From Naegleria gruberi (Eukaryota): 10,074 nucleotides of DNA. The stretch lies in the NCBI GenBank assembly GCA_000004985.1, contig GG739029.1; one strand, given 5' to 3'. The notes below the pieces were generated by a model. The model had not been told where the DNA came from and searched no databases. It saw nothing but the letters and a program-made list of their open reading frames with translations. The translations under genes and the position numbers were made by a program. Every line of letters begins with the position of its first letter. Position 1 is the first letter of the stretch. Positions 1 through 6,424 of this stretch are shown here, in pieces.

Positions 1-173
1 CAACCCTAATTTTGATTCCTTTTTCCTGATGATTTTCTTTTTAATTTGTAAATTTTCTCAAAGAATCTTGTTAATAAAATTTCAAAGATGATGAATTTTA
101 CTCAATTTCGTAATAATCTATTTTAGAATGTTAACATGACATGCTTAAATATCTTATAATTGAACAGTGAAGA

Positions 174-192
174 GGGAAGAGACATTAATTAC
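174..192 (+). repeat. 5' terminal inverted repeat (TIR) of the putative transposon
   Basis: GGGAAGAGACATTAATTAC; inverted match 17/19 to 2942-2960. A CAGTG motif lies 5 bp outside at 165-169. Confidence 0.5.
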
Positions 193-206
193 GCAACTTC
201 ATTTTG

Positions 207-223
207 ACCCCACTCGTATGTAA
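207..223 (+). repeat. Subterminal direct repeat, copy 1 (ACCCCACTCGTATGTAA)
   Basis: Perfect 17-mer, repeated at 239-255 with a 32-bp period. A GC-rich motif in an AT-rich leader. Confidence 0.8.
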
Positions 224-238
224 AATAATATGTTATCC

Positions 239-255
239 ACCCCACTCGTATGTAA
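239..255 (+). repeat. Subterminal direct repeat, copy 2 (ACCCCACTCGTATGTAA)
   Basis: Identical to 207-223. Confidence 0.8.
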
Positions 256-278
256 TGTAACTTTATTAAAAATTTTAA

Positions 279-316
279 GAAAAATCAAGCTTCGCTTTCA
301 GCTCGCTTGATTTTTC
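279..316. promoter_or_regulatory. Perfect 12-bp palindrome (GAAAAATCAAGC / GCTTGATTTTTC) with a 14-nt spacer, in the leader immediately upstream of the transposase ATG
   Basis: 279-290 is exactly the reverse complement of 305-316. It could form a DNA cruciform, a dimeric factor site, or a stable 5'-UTR RNA hairpin. Confidence 0.6.
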
Positions 317-369
317 TTTTTTGTAAGCTCAATAAAAAAATTAAAAAAATAATTAAAAAAAAAACCTCA

Positions 370-2838
370 ATGCAACTAACCCTCGACACCAAAACAAAAG
401 CAGTAGCTTCGAAGTGTTTCCACAATAACAGCAATAAAACACCTTACCTTCGATACATGAATGCCTATTGCTATTTCCATCTCACAAATACCAAAAAAGA
501 TATCAGAAGGGAAGCTCTGTTTGAGAAAGCAATTGGCTTTTATAGGAAGGAATTGAAGAGCAAAAATGATGAAATATTACATTTCGTGATCAAAAATTTG
601 GAAGACAATAATAAACAAATGTTTATTATTGATAATTTCCAAATAATTGAATTTTCACTTGAAGGGAGAGGTGTTTTTGACAGTGAAATTGCCAAATATG
701 CTACAACTCCTTCCCACCATTGTCCCAAGCAGGAGAGTTTGGCTAGTGAAATTGAACAACTTTCGAAACAAATTAGTGTTGCCCACACAGTCTATCAATC
801 TTGTGTCGATGTTGTGGGAATGGAATCTATTAAAGAGGAGGCAGAAATCAAACTCAGCAAACTATGTAGAAGTAAGATTGAAAAACAACAAAAACTTCAT
901 CAATATAAGGACAGAGCTTTATACATGAAATTATATAGAAGAAGAACAGTGGCTATCAAGCACAAAACAATAGGCAGGCCTAGTAAGGTTGGCAATATCG
1001 CAGAATTGTTAAAAACTACCCTGCCAGCAGATTACAGCGAAGCACATCCTCGCCGAAGAGATGGCCATATCTACACCTTGGCCAATGGTGTTGAGGTTAT
1101 CAAAGAAGGAATTGCTCTTATTAAGAACAAAACTGGGATAACGTACTCACCTTCTACTTTAAAACGTTTTTTTGTGGGGAAAAGAAAAACAAAAGCATTC
1201 AAGTTGAAGTCTAAGGATGCTTTTATTCGCGTAATGAAAATCAGAAGCAACAGAATGATTGAACACAAGGACAAACATATTGCGTGTGCGTTGATGAAAT
1301 ATATTCGTGAACTTGCTTTCAAATTAGATGATGATGTTACAGTGGTATCCGTTGACCAAAAGGCAAAGATTTATACTAAGGGTCCTGCTGTGAGTAAATC
1401 TACTGCTGTTGCTGTTGACTCATCATTAACAAGATCAAAACTACCAGCCCTTCCAGACCACAACTTCGGCAACACTAAGGAAAATAGTGTTACACCGAAT
1501 GTAATGTCAGTATTAAGAGTTTCTAAGGAAGGGAATAACATTACTTGGAAAAGACAATGCGTGCTTGTAAGGTTGCGCAGTAGTTGTAATGATGATAGAT
1601 TTTCGCATCTAGATGACCTTGAATGGTTTTTTGAAGAACTAAAACTCCGTAATTTATTACACGGAAACGTTATTATGATCACAGATAATGGGCCTAAAGT
1701 GCAACCAAGAAACAGGAAAGTTCAATCTGAAGCATATTACATTTTCAAAAAATACAATCTTGATTCATTAATTCAGTGCTCCTATAGTCCACATGCATCT
1801 GCTTTGAATCCAGTTGAGAAAGACCATTTCCCAATCTCAAAGAAGCTTGCTGGTTTATTCGATATAGATAAGGAGATATATGGATCGTCCAAAGAGCCCC
1901 AAAAAAGACAAAAGAATCACAATGTTGTGTTGAAGCAATTGTGTTTACTTATTAATGAAATACCATCATACCACTGCACATACGTCCCCACCAACCAAAA
2001 TTCAATTCCAAACACTCTGCCTTCTTGGCCAACTTGGGAAAATATTTTTTCCTTTTTGGAGGGAAAGGAAACAGAAGAGGATTGCTTGATCAAGAAATTA
2101 ATTAAGGATATTCATTACCTTAGTAGAGATGGTAATGGATTGTACACTTTTGTAATTAGAAAGGAAGATTCATCAACAACATTTTACCAACAGCTAGCAC
2201 AATACAATGGCTTCATACCTCACCCCATCCCTGACAAAAATAACCAAAGAAAAAACAATGAAGACTATCCCAACGACGATAATCTTCATTATTGTTTATT
2301 CGAAGATAGATTGAAAGATAATTCCATAGCCTTAAATTTACATTTCCCTTCATACCAACAATATGGAACCAAATTTATTTGCAAGTATTGTAAAAGATTT
2401 CATTATAGTGAGAAAGAATTGGAAGTTCATGCTAAATGTTGTGAAAAGACTTTATCAAATATAGAAGATGATTCATTGGAGTTACATGAAAAACAAACCA
2501 AACCAAACATTTTTTCAATTCCTGGACGAACATTGAATCATGCATTTTCACAATGTGTCACAGAAACTCTTCCGAGAAGAACAAAGAAGAGATCGTATAT
2601 TGATGTTGAAGAAGAACATGAAGAAGAATATCAAGAACAAGAATTGGAACAATCAGCAGATTATGATCAAGAACAAGAGAAGGAATTGGAACAAGAGAAA
2701 GAATTGGAACAAGAAGAGGAACCATTAAAGAAAAAGAAACGTGGTAGACCAAAGAAATCACAATTCAAAGAACCAATGAAATCTCAAGTTGAAGAAGCAG
2801 TAAAGAGAAAGCCTGGTAGACCACGAAAGAAGAAATAA
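370..2838 (+). CDS. Tc1/mariner-like DDE transposase, 822 aa from the first ATG. It has a C-terminal C2H2/C2HC-like zinc finger, an acidic E/Q-rich stretch and two AT-hooks.
   Basis: Uninterrupted ORF. The track ORF 307..2838 starts at a non-ATG upstream codon; the first ATG is at 370 after an A-rich leader. Motifs: KTIGRPSK (GRP linker), HTH-like GITYSPSTLKRFF, first D in VVSVDQKAK (GAC 1354-1356), second D in IMITDNGP (GAT 1684-1686), and SYSPHASALNPVE with E at 1816-1818 (compare Tc1 YSPDLNPIE). The D-to-E spacing is 43 residues by manual count. C-terminus: FICKYCKRFHYSEKELEVHAKCC (C-x2-C-x12-H-x3-C, about 2380-2448), acidic run EEEHEEEYQEQELEQ...EQEEE (2596-2724), and AT-hooks KRGRPKK (2737-2757) and KPGRPRK (2809-2829). 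Confidence 0.75.
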   Translation: MQLTLDTKTKAVASKCFHNNSNKTPYLRYMNAYCYFHLTNTKKDIRREALFEKAIGFYRKELKSKNDEILHFVIKNLEDNNKQMFIIDNFQIIEFSLEGRGVFDSEIAKYATTPSHHCPKQESLASEIEQLSKQISVAHTVYQSCVDVVGMESIKEEAEIKLSKLCRSKIEKQQKLHQYKDRALYMKLYRRRTVAIKHKTIGRPSKVGNIAELLKTTLPADYSEAHPRRRDGHIYTLANGVEVIKEGIALIKNKTGITYSPSTLKRFFVGKRKTKAFKLKSKDAFIRVMKIRSNRMIEHKDKHIACALMKYIRELAFKLDDDVTVVSVDQKAKIYTKGPAVSKSTAVAVDSSLTRSKLPALPDHNFGNTKENSVTPNVMSVLRVSKEGNNITWKRQCVLVRLRSSCNDDRFSHLDDLEWFFEELKLRNLLHGNVIMITDNGPKVQPRNRKVQSEAYYIFKKYNLDSLIQCSYSPHASALNPVEKDHFPISKKLAGLFDIDKEIYGSSKEPQKRQKNHNVVLKQLCLLINEIPSYHCTYVPTNQNSIPNTLPSWPTWENIFSFLEGKETEEDCLIKKLIKDIHYLSRDGNGLYTFVIRKEDSSTTFYQQLAQYNGFIPHPIPDKNNQRKNNEDYPNDDNLHYCLFEDRLKDNSIALNLHFPSYQQYGTKFICKYCKRFHYSEKELEVHAKCCEKTLSNIEDDSLELHEKQTKPNIFSIPGRTLNHAFSQCVTETLPRRTKKRSYIDVEEEHEEEYQEQELEQSADYDQEQEKELEQEKELEQEEEPLKKKKRGRPKKSQFKEPMKSQVEEAVKRKPGRPRKKK
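2641..2718 (+). repeat. Coding tandem repeat, 18-bp unit GAATTGGAACAAGAGAAA (E-L-E-Q-E-K), inside the acidic region of the transposase ORF
   Basis: GAATTGGAACAA occurs at 2641, 2683 and 2701. The copies at 2683-2700 and 2701-2718 are in perfect 18-bp register. Confidence 0.6.
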
Positions 2839-2927
2839 TTAAATAAATAATGTTGTTTACCCCCCCAATTATTTCGTAATTTTCTGGCCAACACCCCTAA
2901 ATAAAAAGTAAGATTTCTACCCCTCCT

Positions 2928-2939
2928 CCCCACTTGTAA
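2928..2939 (+). repeat. Degenerate third copy of the CCCCACTYGTA motif, just inside the 3' TIR
   Basis: CCCCACTTGTAA shares 10/11 with the CCCCACTCGTA core of the two 5' copies, in the same orientation. It sits 3 bp inside the 3' TIR. Confidence 0.35.
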
Positions 2940-2941
2940 CA

Positions 2942-2960
2942 GTAATTTGTGTCTCTTCCC
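2942..2960 (-). repeat. 3' terminal inverted repeat (TIR) of the putative transposon
   Basis: Plus strand GTAATTTGTGTCTCTTCCC; its reverse complement GGGAAGAGACACAAATTAC matches 174-192 at 17/19. Confidence 0.5.
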
Positions 2961-3069
2961 AGAATTGATAGGTCGAAATCCTTGGACAATTTATTGATGA
3001 ACACTGACGGATGTCTACCAAATAGTAGGCACAGGCAAGTACCTTACAATATGTGGCTAGTCAACTAAC

Positions 3070-3117
3070 ACTTGATTGATATGCTTCAAGAGACATAAAA
3101 CCTGTCATCAATCAAGT
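3070..3117. promoter_or_regulatory. 11-bp inverted repeat (ACTTGATTGAT / ATCAATCAAGT) with a 26-bp spacer in the IQG1-like promoter
   Basis: 3070-3080 is the reverse complement of 3107-3117. It lies about 180-220 bp upstream of the ATG at 3294. It shares the ATCAAG/CTTGAT core with the palindrome at 279-316. Confidence 0.4.
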
Positions 3118-3274
3118 TTCACAGCAAACAAGAAAACTCATCAAAAAAAAAACAAAATTGTTGTGGTGTTGGTTGTTGCCCATCCCAAAAACCTGTGCTG
3201 TACATTTTCCACATTAGAAACAAAGATTGACAAGTTAACCACTCGTCATTCAACAACAACACATTACAACAATA

Positions 3275-3283
3275 TATATAATA
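3275..3283 (+). promoter_or_regulatory. TATA-like element (TATATATAA) upstream of the IQG1-like ATG
   Basis: A TATATATAA run ends 11 bp before the ATG at 3294. Spacing is short for a canonical yeast TATA, so this is a weak call. Confidence 0.25.
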
Positions 3284-3293
3284 GATTTGTAAG

Positions 3294-3606
3294 ATGTCTG
3301 TCACCAAGATGGATCTCTCCATTGCGGAGAAGAAAGCCTACGACTTTCTTATTCGTCAGGAAGAAGCCAAACGTTGGATTGAAGAACTTATCCAAGAAAG
3401 TCTGCCTCCAGGCACTGCTAACTTTGGTGATAACTTGAGAGATGGTATTGCTTTGGCCAAGTTGGGTAAAATCTTTGCTCCAACAGCAATTAAGAAGATT
3501 AACACTCCAAAGTCAGGAAGTGTTTTGGAATTTATGGCTGTTGATAACATTTCCCAATTCTTTGAAGCATGTAAGAAGGTTAATTTCCCTGATCACTATA
3601 TTTTTG
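3294..3606 (+). CDS. IQG1: IQGAP-family protein (Iqg1-like), exon 1, encoding the first half of the calponin-homology (CH) domain
   Basis: Translation MSVTKMDLSIAEKKAYDFLIRQEEAKRWIEELIQESLPPGTANFGDNLRDGIALAKLGKIFAPTAIKK... aligns by eye with the IQGAP1 CH domain: EEAKRW, LPP, LRNGVYLAKLGNFFSP. The exon ends in phase 1 at G3606, immediately before GTATGT. Confidence 0.8.
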
Positions 3607-3836
3607 GTATGTGTTATAATAGTAACAGTTTTTATTCTAATCTATTATGTTCATATTGTTATTCAACTCGTATGATGATGATAATTTGTTGTTGTTATTC
3701 CTTACTTGCTGATTTCCCTCGCTTTTTTCATCAAATCACAAAAAATAATCATCACAAAAATAATGTTCTTCCTCCTATGATGATGGTGAATGATAATGTT
3801 ATTGTTGCTTGTTCTTGATAATATTAACTTTAACAG
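3607..3836 (+). other. Spliceosomal intron (230 nt) in the IQG1-like gene
   Basis: 5' GTATGT at 3607-3612, 3' ...TTTAACAG at 3829-3836. The candidate branch point TATTAAC at 3822-3828 is non-canonical against TACTAAC. The frame-0 continuation is low-complexity and stops at 3818. Splicing restores the conserved CH-domain sequence ...HYIF-E-VTDLWELKN.... Confidence 0.7.
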
Positions 3837-3952
3837 AGGTTACCGATTTGTGGGAATTGAAAAACGTTTGGAAAGTTGTTCACTGCTTACACACACTCTC
3901 CCTCCACTTGTATAGAAATGGCTTGGCCATTAGAATGCAAAACTTGCAAAAG
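3837..3952 (+). CDS. IQG1: IQGAP-family protein (Iqg1-like), exon 2 (partial), running into the N-run
   Basis: After splicing, g3606+ag3837-38 gives E, then VTDLWELKNVWKVVHCLHTLSLHLYRNGLAIRMQNLQK. This matches the second half of the IQGAP CH domain (human IQGAP1 ...DIYDRKNMPRCIYCIHALSLYLFKLGLAPQIQDL). The ORF continues into Ns at 3953. Confidence 0.75.
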
Positions 3953-5196
3953 NNNNNNNNNNNNNNNNNNNNNNNNNNNNNNNNNNNNNNNNNNNNNNNN
4001 NNNNNNNNNNNNNNNNNNNNNNNNNNNNNNNNNNNNNNNNNNNNNNNNNNNNNNNNNNNNNNNNNNNNNNNNNNNNNNNNNNNNNNNNNNNNNNNNNNNN
4101 NNNNNNNNNNNNNNNNNNNNNNNNNNNNNNNNNNNNNNNNNNNNNNNNNNNNNNNNNNNNNNNNNNNNNNNNNNNNNNNNNNNNNNNNNNNNNNNNNNNN
4201 NNNNNNNNNNNNNNNNNNNNNNNNNNNNNNNNNNNNNNNNNNNNNNNNNNNNNNNNNNNNNNNNNNNNNNNNNNNNNNNNNNNNNNNNNNNNNNNNNNNN
4301 NNNNNNNNNNNNNNNNNNNNNNNNNNNNNNNNNNNNNNNNNNNNNNNNNNNNNNNNNNNNNNNNNNNNNNNNNNNNNNNNNNNNNNNNNNNNNNNNNNNN
4401 NNNNNNNNNNNNNNNNNNNNNNNNNNNNNNNNNNNNNNNNNNNNNNNNNNNNNNNNNNNNNNNNNNNNNNNNNNNNNNNNNNNNNNNNNNNNNNNNNNNN
4501 NNNNNNNNNNNNNNNNNNNNNNNNNNNNNNNNNNNNNNNNNNNNNNNNNNNNNNNNNNNNNNNNNNNNNNNNNNNNNNNNNNNNNNNNNNNNNNNNNNNN
4601 NNNNNNNNNNNNNNNNNNNNNNNNNNNNNNNNNNNNNNNNNNNNNNNNNNNNNNNNNNNNNNNNNNNNNNNNNNNNNNNNNNNNNNNNNNNNNNNNNNNN
4701 NNNNNNNNNNNNNNNNNNNNNNNNNNNNNNNNNNNNNNNNNNNNNNNNNNNNNNNNNNNNNNNNNNNNNNNNNNNNNNNNNNNNNNNNNNNNNNNNNNNN
4801 NNNNNNNNNNNNNNNNNNNNNNNNNNNNNNNNNNNNNNNNNNNNNNNNNNNNNNNNNNNNNNNNNNNNNNNNNNNNNNNNNNNNNNNNNNNNNNNNNNNN
4901 NNNNNNNNNNNNNNNNNNNNNNNNNNNNNNNNNNNNNNNNNNNNNNNNNNNNNNNNNNNNNNNNNNNNNNNNNNNNNNNNNNNNNNNNNNNNNNNNNNNN
5001 NNNNNNNNNNNNNNNNNNNNNNNNNNNNNNNNNNNNNNNNNNNNNNNNNNNNNNNNNNNNNNNNNNNNNNNNNNNNNNNNNNNNNNNNNNNNNNNNNNNN
5101 NNNNNNNNNNNNNNNNNNNNNNNNNNNNNNNNNNNNNNNNNNNNNNNNNNNNNNNNNNNNNNNNNNNNNNNNNNNNNNNNNNNNNNNNNNNNNNNN
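3953..5196. other. Run of 1244 N (assembly gap or masked sequence)
   Basis: Literal n characters. Every track ORF crossing it (3809..5230, 3876..5216, 3880..5223 and 3887..5305) is an artefact of translating N as X. Confidence 0.99.
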
Positions 5197-5250
5197 GAAA
5201 GAGATTATTAAAGTGATGAACAAATCTTGACAATATTAAATCAGTATAGC
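5197..5250 (+). repeat. Copy 1 of a duplicated segment, the paralog of 10021-10074
   Basis: GAAAGAGATTATTAAAGTGATGAACAAATCTTGACAATATTAAATCAGTATAGC vs GAAAGAGATTATTTAAGTGATGAACAAATCTTGACAATATTAAATCAGTATAGC. The single difference is A5210 vs T10034. The duplication probably extends in both directions, beyond the N-run and beyond the window. Confidence 0.85.
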
Positions 5251-5763
5251 CAGTCAATTTTGGATAATGACAATTCCTTTGGAATAGCATGTCAACTATT
5301 AACAAGACTTTTCCAAGAAGTCGAGTGCAACAAACTGAGTGATGTTATTGTAAAATTAAGTGAAAAGTATTATAAGGAAATATCACCTGACATTTTAAGA
5401 ACATACACTAATTGTTTCACATTAAGAGAAGGAGTAGAACTTACTAATATTAAAGATTTTGAAGGGAGACTAAAACTCGATAACGCTATACAAAAATTTA
5501 TGGACATGATTATTGATCCTAAATGGGGAATCAAAAATACTTTCACAAACTTATTAATTACATCGATTAGTGTTTATGAAAGGAAAGTTTTGGATTGCGA
5601 TAAATTCAAGAAAGTGTTGACTCATATCACTGATCGATTAGAAAATCCATCAATGAATCCTACAACCTCATTCAGTTTTCTGGAACCCTCAACAGACTTC
5701 CCCGATTACTGGGAACTAGTAAAAACCATTGAAGAACTGAAAAAGCTAACGAAAAAGCTATGA
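5197..5763 (+). CDS. 3' end of kinase-like paralog copy 1 (its 5' part is lost in the N-run). A 184-aa C-terminal extension region, interrupted by an in-frame TAA at 5209-5211.
   Basis: In frame 1, 5197-5208 encodes E-R-D-Y, then TAA, then an open frame to TGA 5761-5763 (SDEQILTILNQYSQSILDND...KKLTKKL). 5197-5250 is 53/54 identical to 10021-10074, the tail of the kinase-like gene at the window end. There the same codon is TTA (Leu) and the frame stays open. The track ORF 5227..5763 starts at TTG, which is not a eukaryotic start. Confidence 0.5.
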
Positions 5764-6424
5764 AAACTTTCTACCTTTTACGGATGTGGTTAAAACTATT
5801 TCGATCAATTGTAATGAAACAATTTGTAAAGGTTAGAATTTAAATCAATTTTTCACAATTTTTTGGTCACTGTTTTAAATTACCTTAAGCCTATTTTTAA
5901 TGAAACTTCCTTGTTTTGTAATAGTTATGTTTCTAACTTGATTAGTGAGCTGTGAGCCTGGAATTTTGATTTCTGACGATGCAAGGTAATCAGTCTTGCA
6001 AACACTAGTGGAGGCTGACAAATCATCTTAATAGTTTCATACCTTTTTGGACAGAGGTTGGCTCTTCCAATACTTCTTCAGATTCCTCCTTTCTAGGTTT
6101 CTTACCAGACTTTCCATAAACCTTAGCAGATTTCTTTTCTTCAAATAGTCCAGTTACTAGTCCTAAGAGTTACCTTCATAGCAATGCAAGGTTGAATAAA
6201 CCAAACTTGCTTTATCGAATTGAGTTGTGAGTAACTTCTCAAATCGGACGGGGTGAGTGCATGAATCGGGATATGGTCGTACCAATTCATCTTTTGAAGG
6301 AATTTGATATGGCCTTTTTATATTATATTTATATTAATTATAATAAATTCTGAAGCAATATACTTGTATCACCAAATTAATTGCGATCATCAATTGTTGA
6401 AAGAGTGGCACTAACAATCATTTA

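Larger units (their letters stand above)
174..2960. mobile_element. Putative Tc1/mariner-superfamily DNA transposon, about 2.79 kb. It is bounded by 19-bp imperfect terminal inverted repeats and carries a single long transposase-like ORF.
   Basis: TIR pair 174-192 GGGAAGAGACATTAATTAC vs reverse complement of 2942-2960 GGGAAGAGACACAAATTAC, 17/19 identical. The pair flanks ORF 370..2838 symmetrically, 196 bp upstream of the ATG and 104 bp downstream of the stop. The ORF has DDE-type motifs characteristic of IS630/Tc1/mariner transposases. No target-site duplication was resolved; flanks are GA...AG, not an obvious TA. Confidence 0.55.

Noticed and set aside
1-9. CCCTAA telomere-like hexamer at the window start (also CCCCTAA at 2894-2900)
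   Set aside because: Single isolated copies, not an array. At most they could be Tbf1-type TTAGGG factor sites, and there is no further support.
540-2761. Short ORFs embedded in or antisense to the transposase ORF (540..788 -, 647..928 +, 1071..1322 -, 1371..1682 -, 2540..2728 +, 2558..2761 -)
   Set aside because: Alternative frames of a long, well-supported CDS with hydrophobic or low-complexity translations. 2540..2728 is the K/N-rich frameshift of the acidic repeat. No independent support.
2968-2982. tRNA T-loop-like string GGTCGAAATCC
   Set aside because: It differs from the GGTTCGAATCC consensus at three central positions. No flanking acceptor or T-stem complementarity and no A/B box arrangement, so it is not a tRNA gene.
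165-3007. Possible longer TIR using CAGTG (165-169) and CACTG (3002-3006), as in Tc1 ends
   Set aside because: The two CAGTG motifs sit at different distances from the GGGAAGAGACA core (4 bp vs about 40 bp), so they do not form a collinear inverted repeat. The 19-bp pair 174-192 / 2942-2960 was kept as the supported TIR.
3076-3675. Track ORFs 3076..3438 +, 3119..3322 -, 3356..3550 -, 3442..3675 +
   Set aside because: They overlap the IQG1-like promoter and exon 1 in wrong frames or antisense. Exon 1 in frame 0 has a clear CH-domain translation.
3607-3818. Continuation of track ORF 3294..3818 past 3606 (MCYNSNSFYSNLLCSYCYSTRMMMIICCCYS...)
   Set aside because: Low-complexity translation of an intron. 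GTATGT at 3607 and AG at 3835-3836 restore the conserved IQGAP CH-domain sequence in another frame.
3809-5305. Four long track ORFs (3809..5230 +, 3876..5216 +, 3880..5223 -, 3887..5305 -) consisting almost entirely of X
   Set aside because: They translate the 1244-nt N-run and carry no sequence information. Only the flanking real sequence was interpreted: the IQG1 exon 2 start and the kinase-like 3' end.
5227-5763. Track ORF called with a TTG start (MTILNQYS...)
   Set aside because: TTG is not a eukaryotic initiation codon. The frame is the continuation of the kinase-like gene frame (E-R-D-Y-TAA-S-D-E-Q...), as shown by the homologous, stop-free copy at 10021-10074. It is interpreted as a gene 3' portion rather than an independent gene.
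6018-6160. Lysine-rich minus-strand reading frame (...GLFEEKKSAKVYGKSGKKPRKEESEEVLEEPTSVQKGMKLLR*) in the convergent 3' intergenic region
   Set aside because: No in-frame ATG without a preceding stop. Candidate splice configurations (ATGAAG/GTAACT..., GTATGA...) do not restore a frame and lack a TACTAAC branch point. It is probably chance or decayed sequence. It could be re-examined with RNA-seq.
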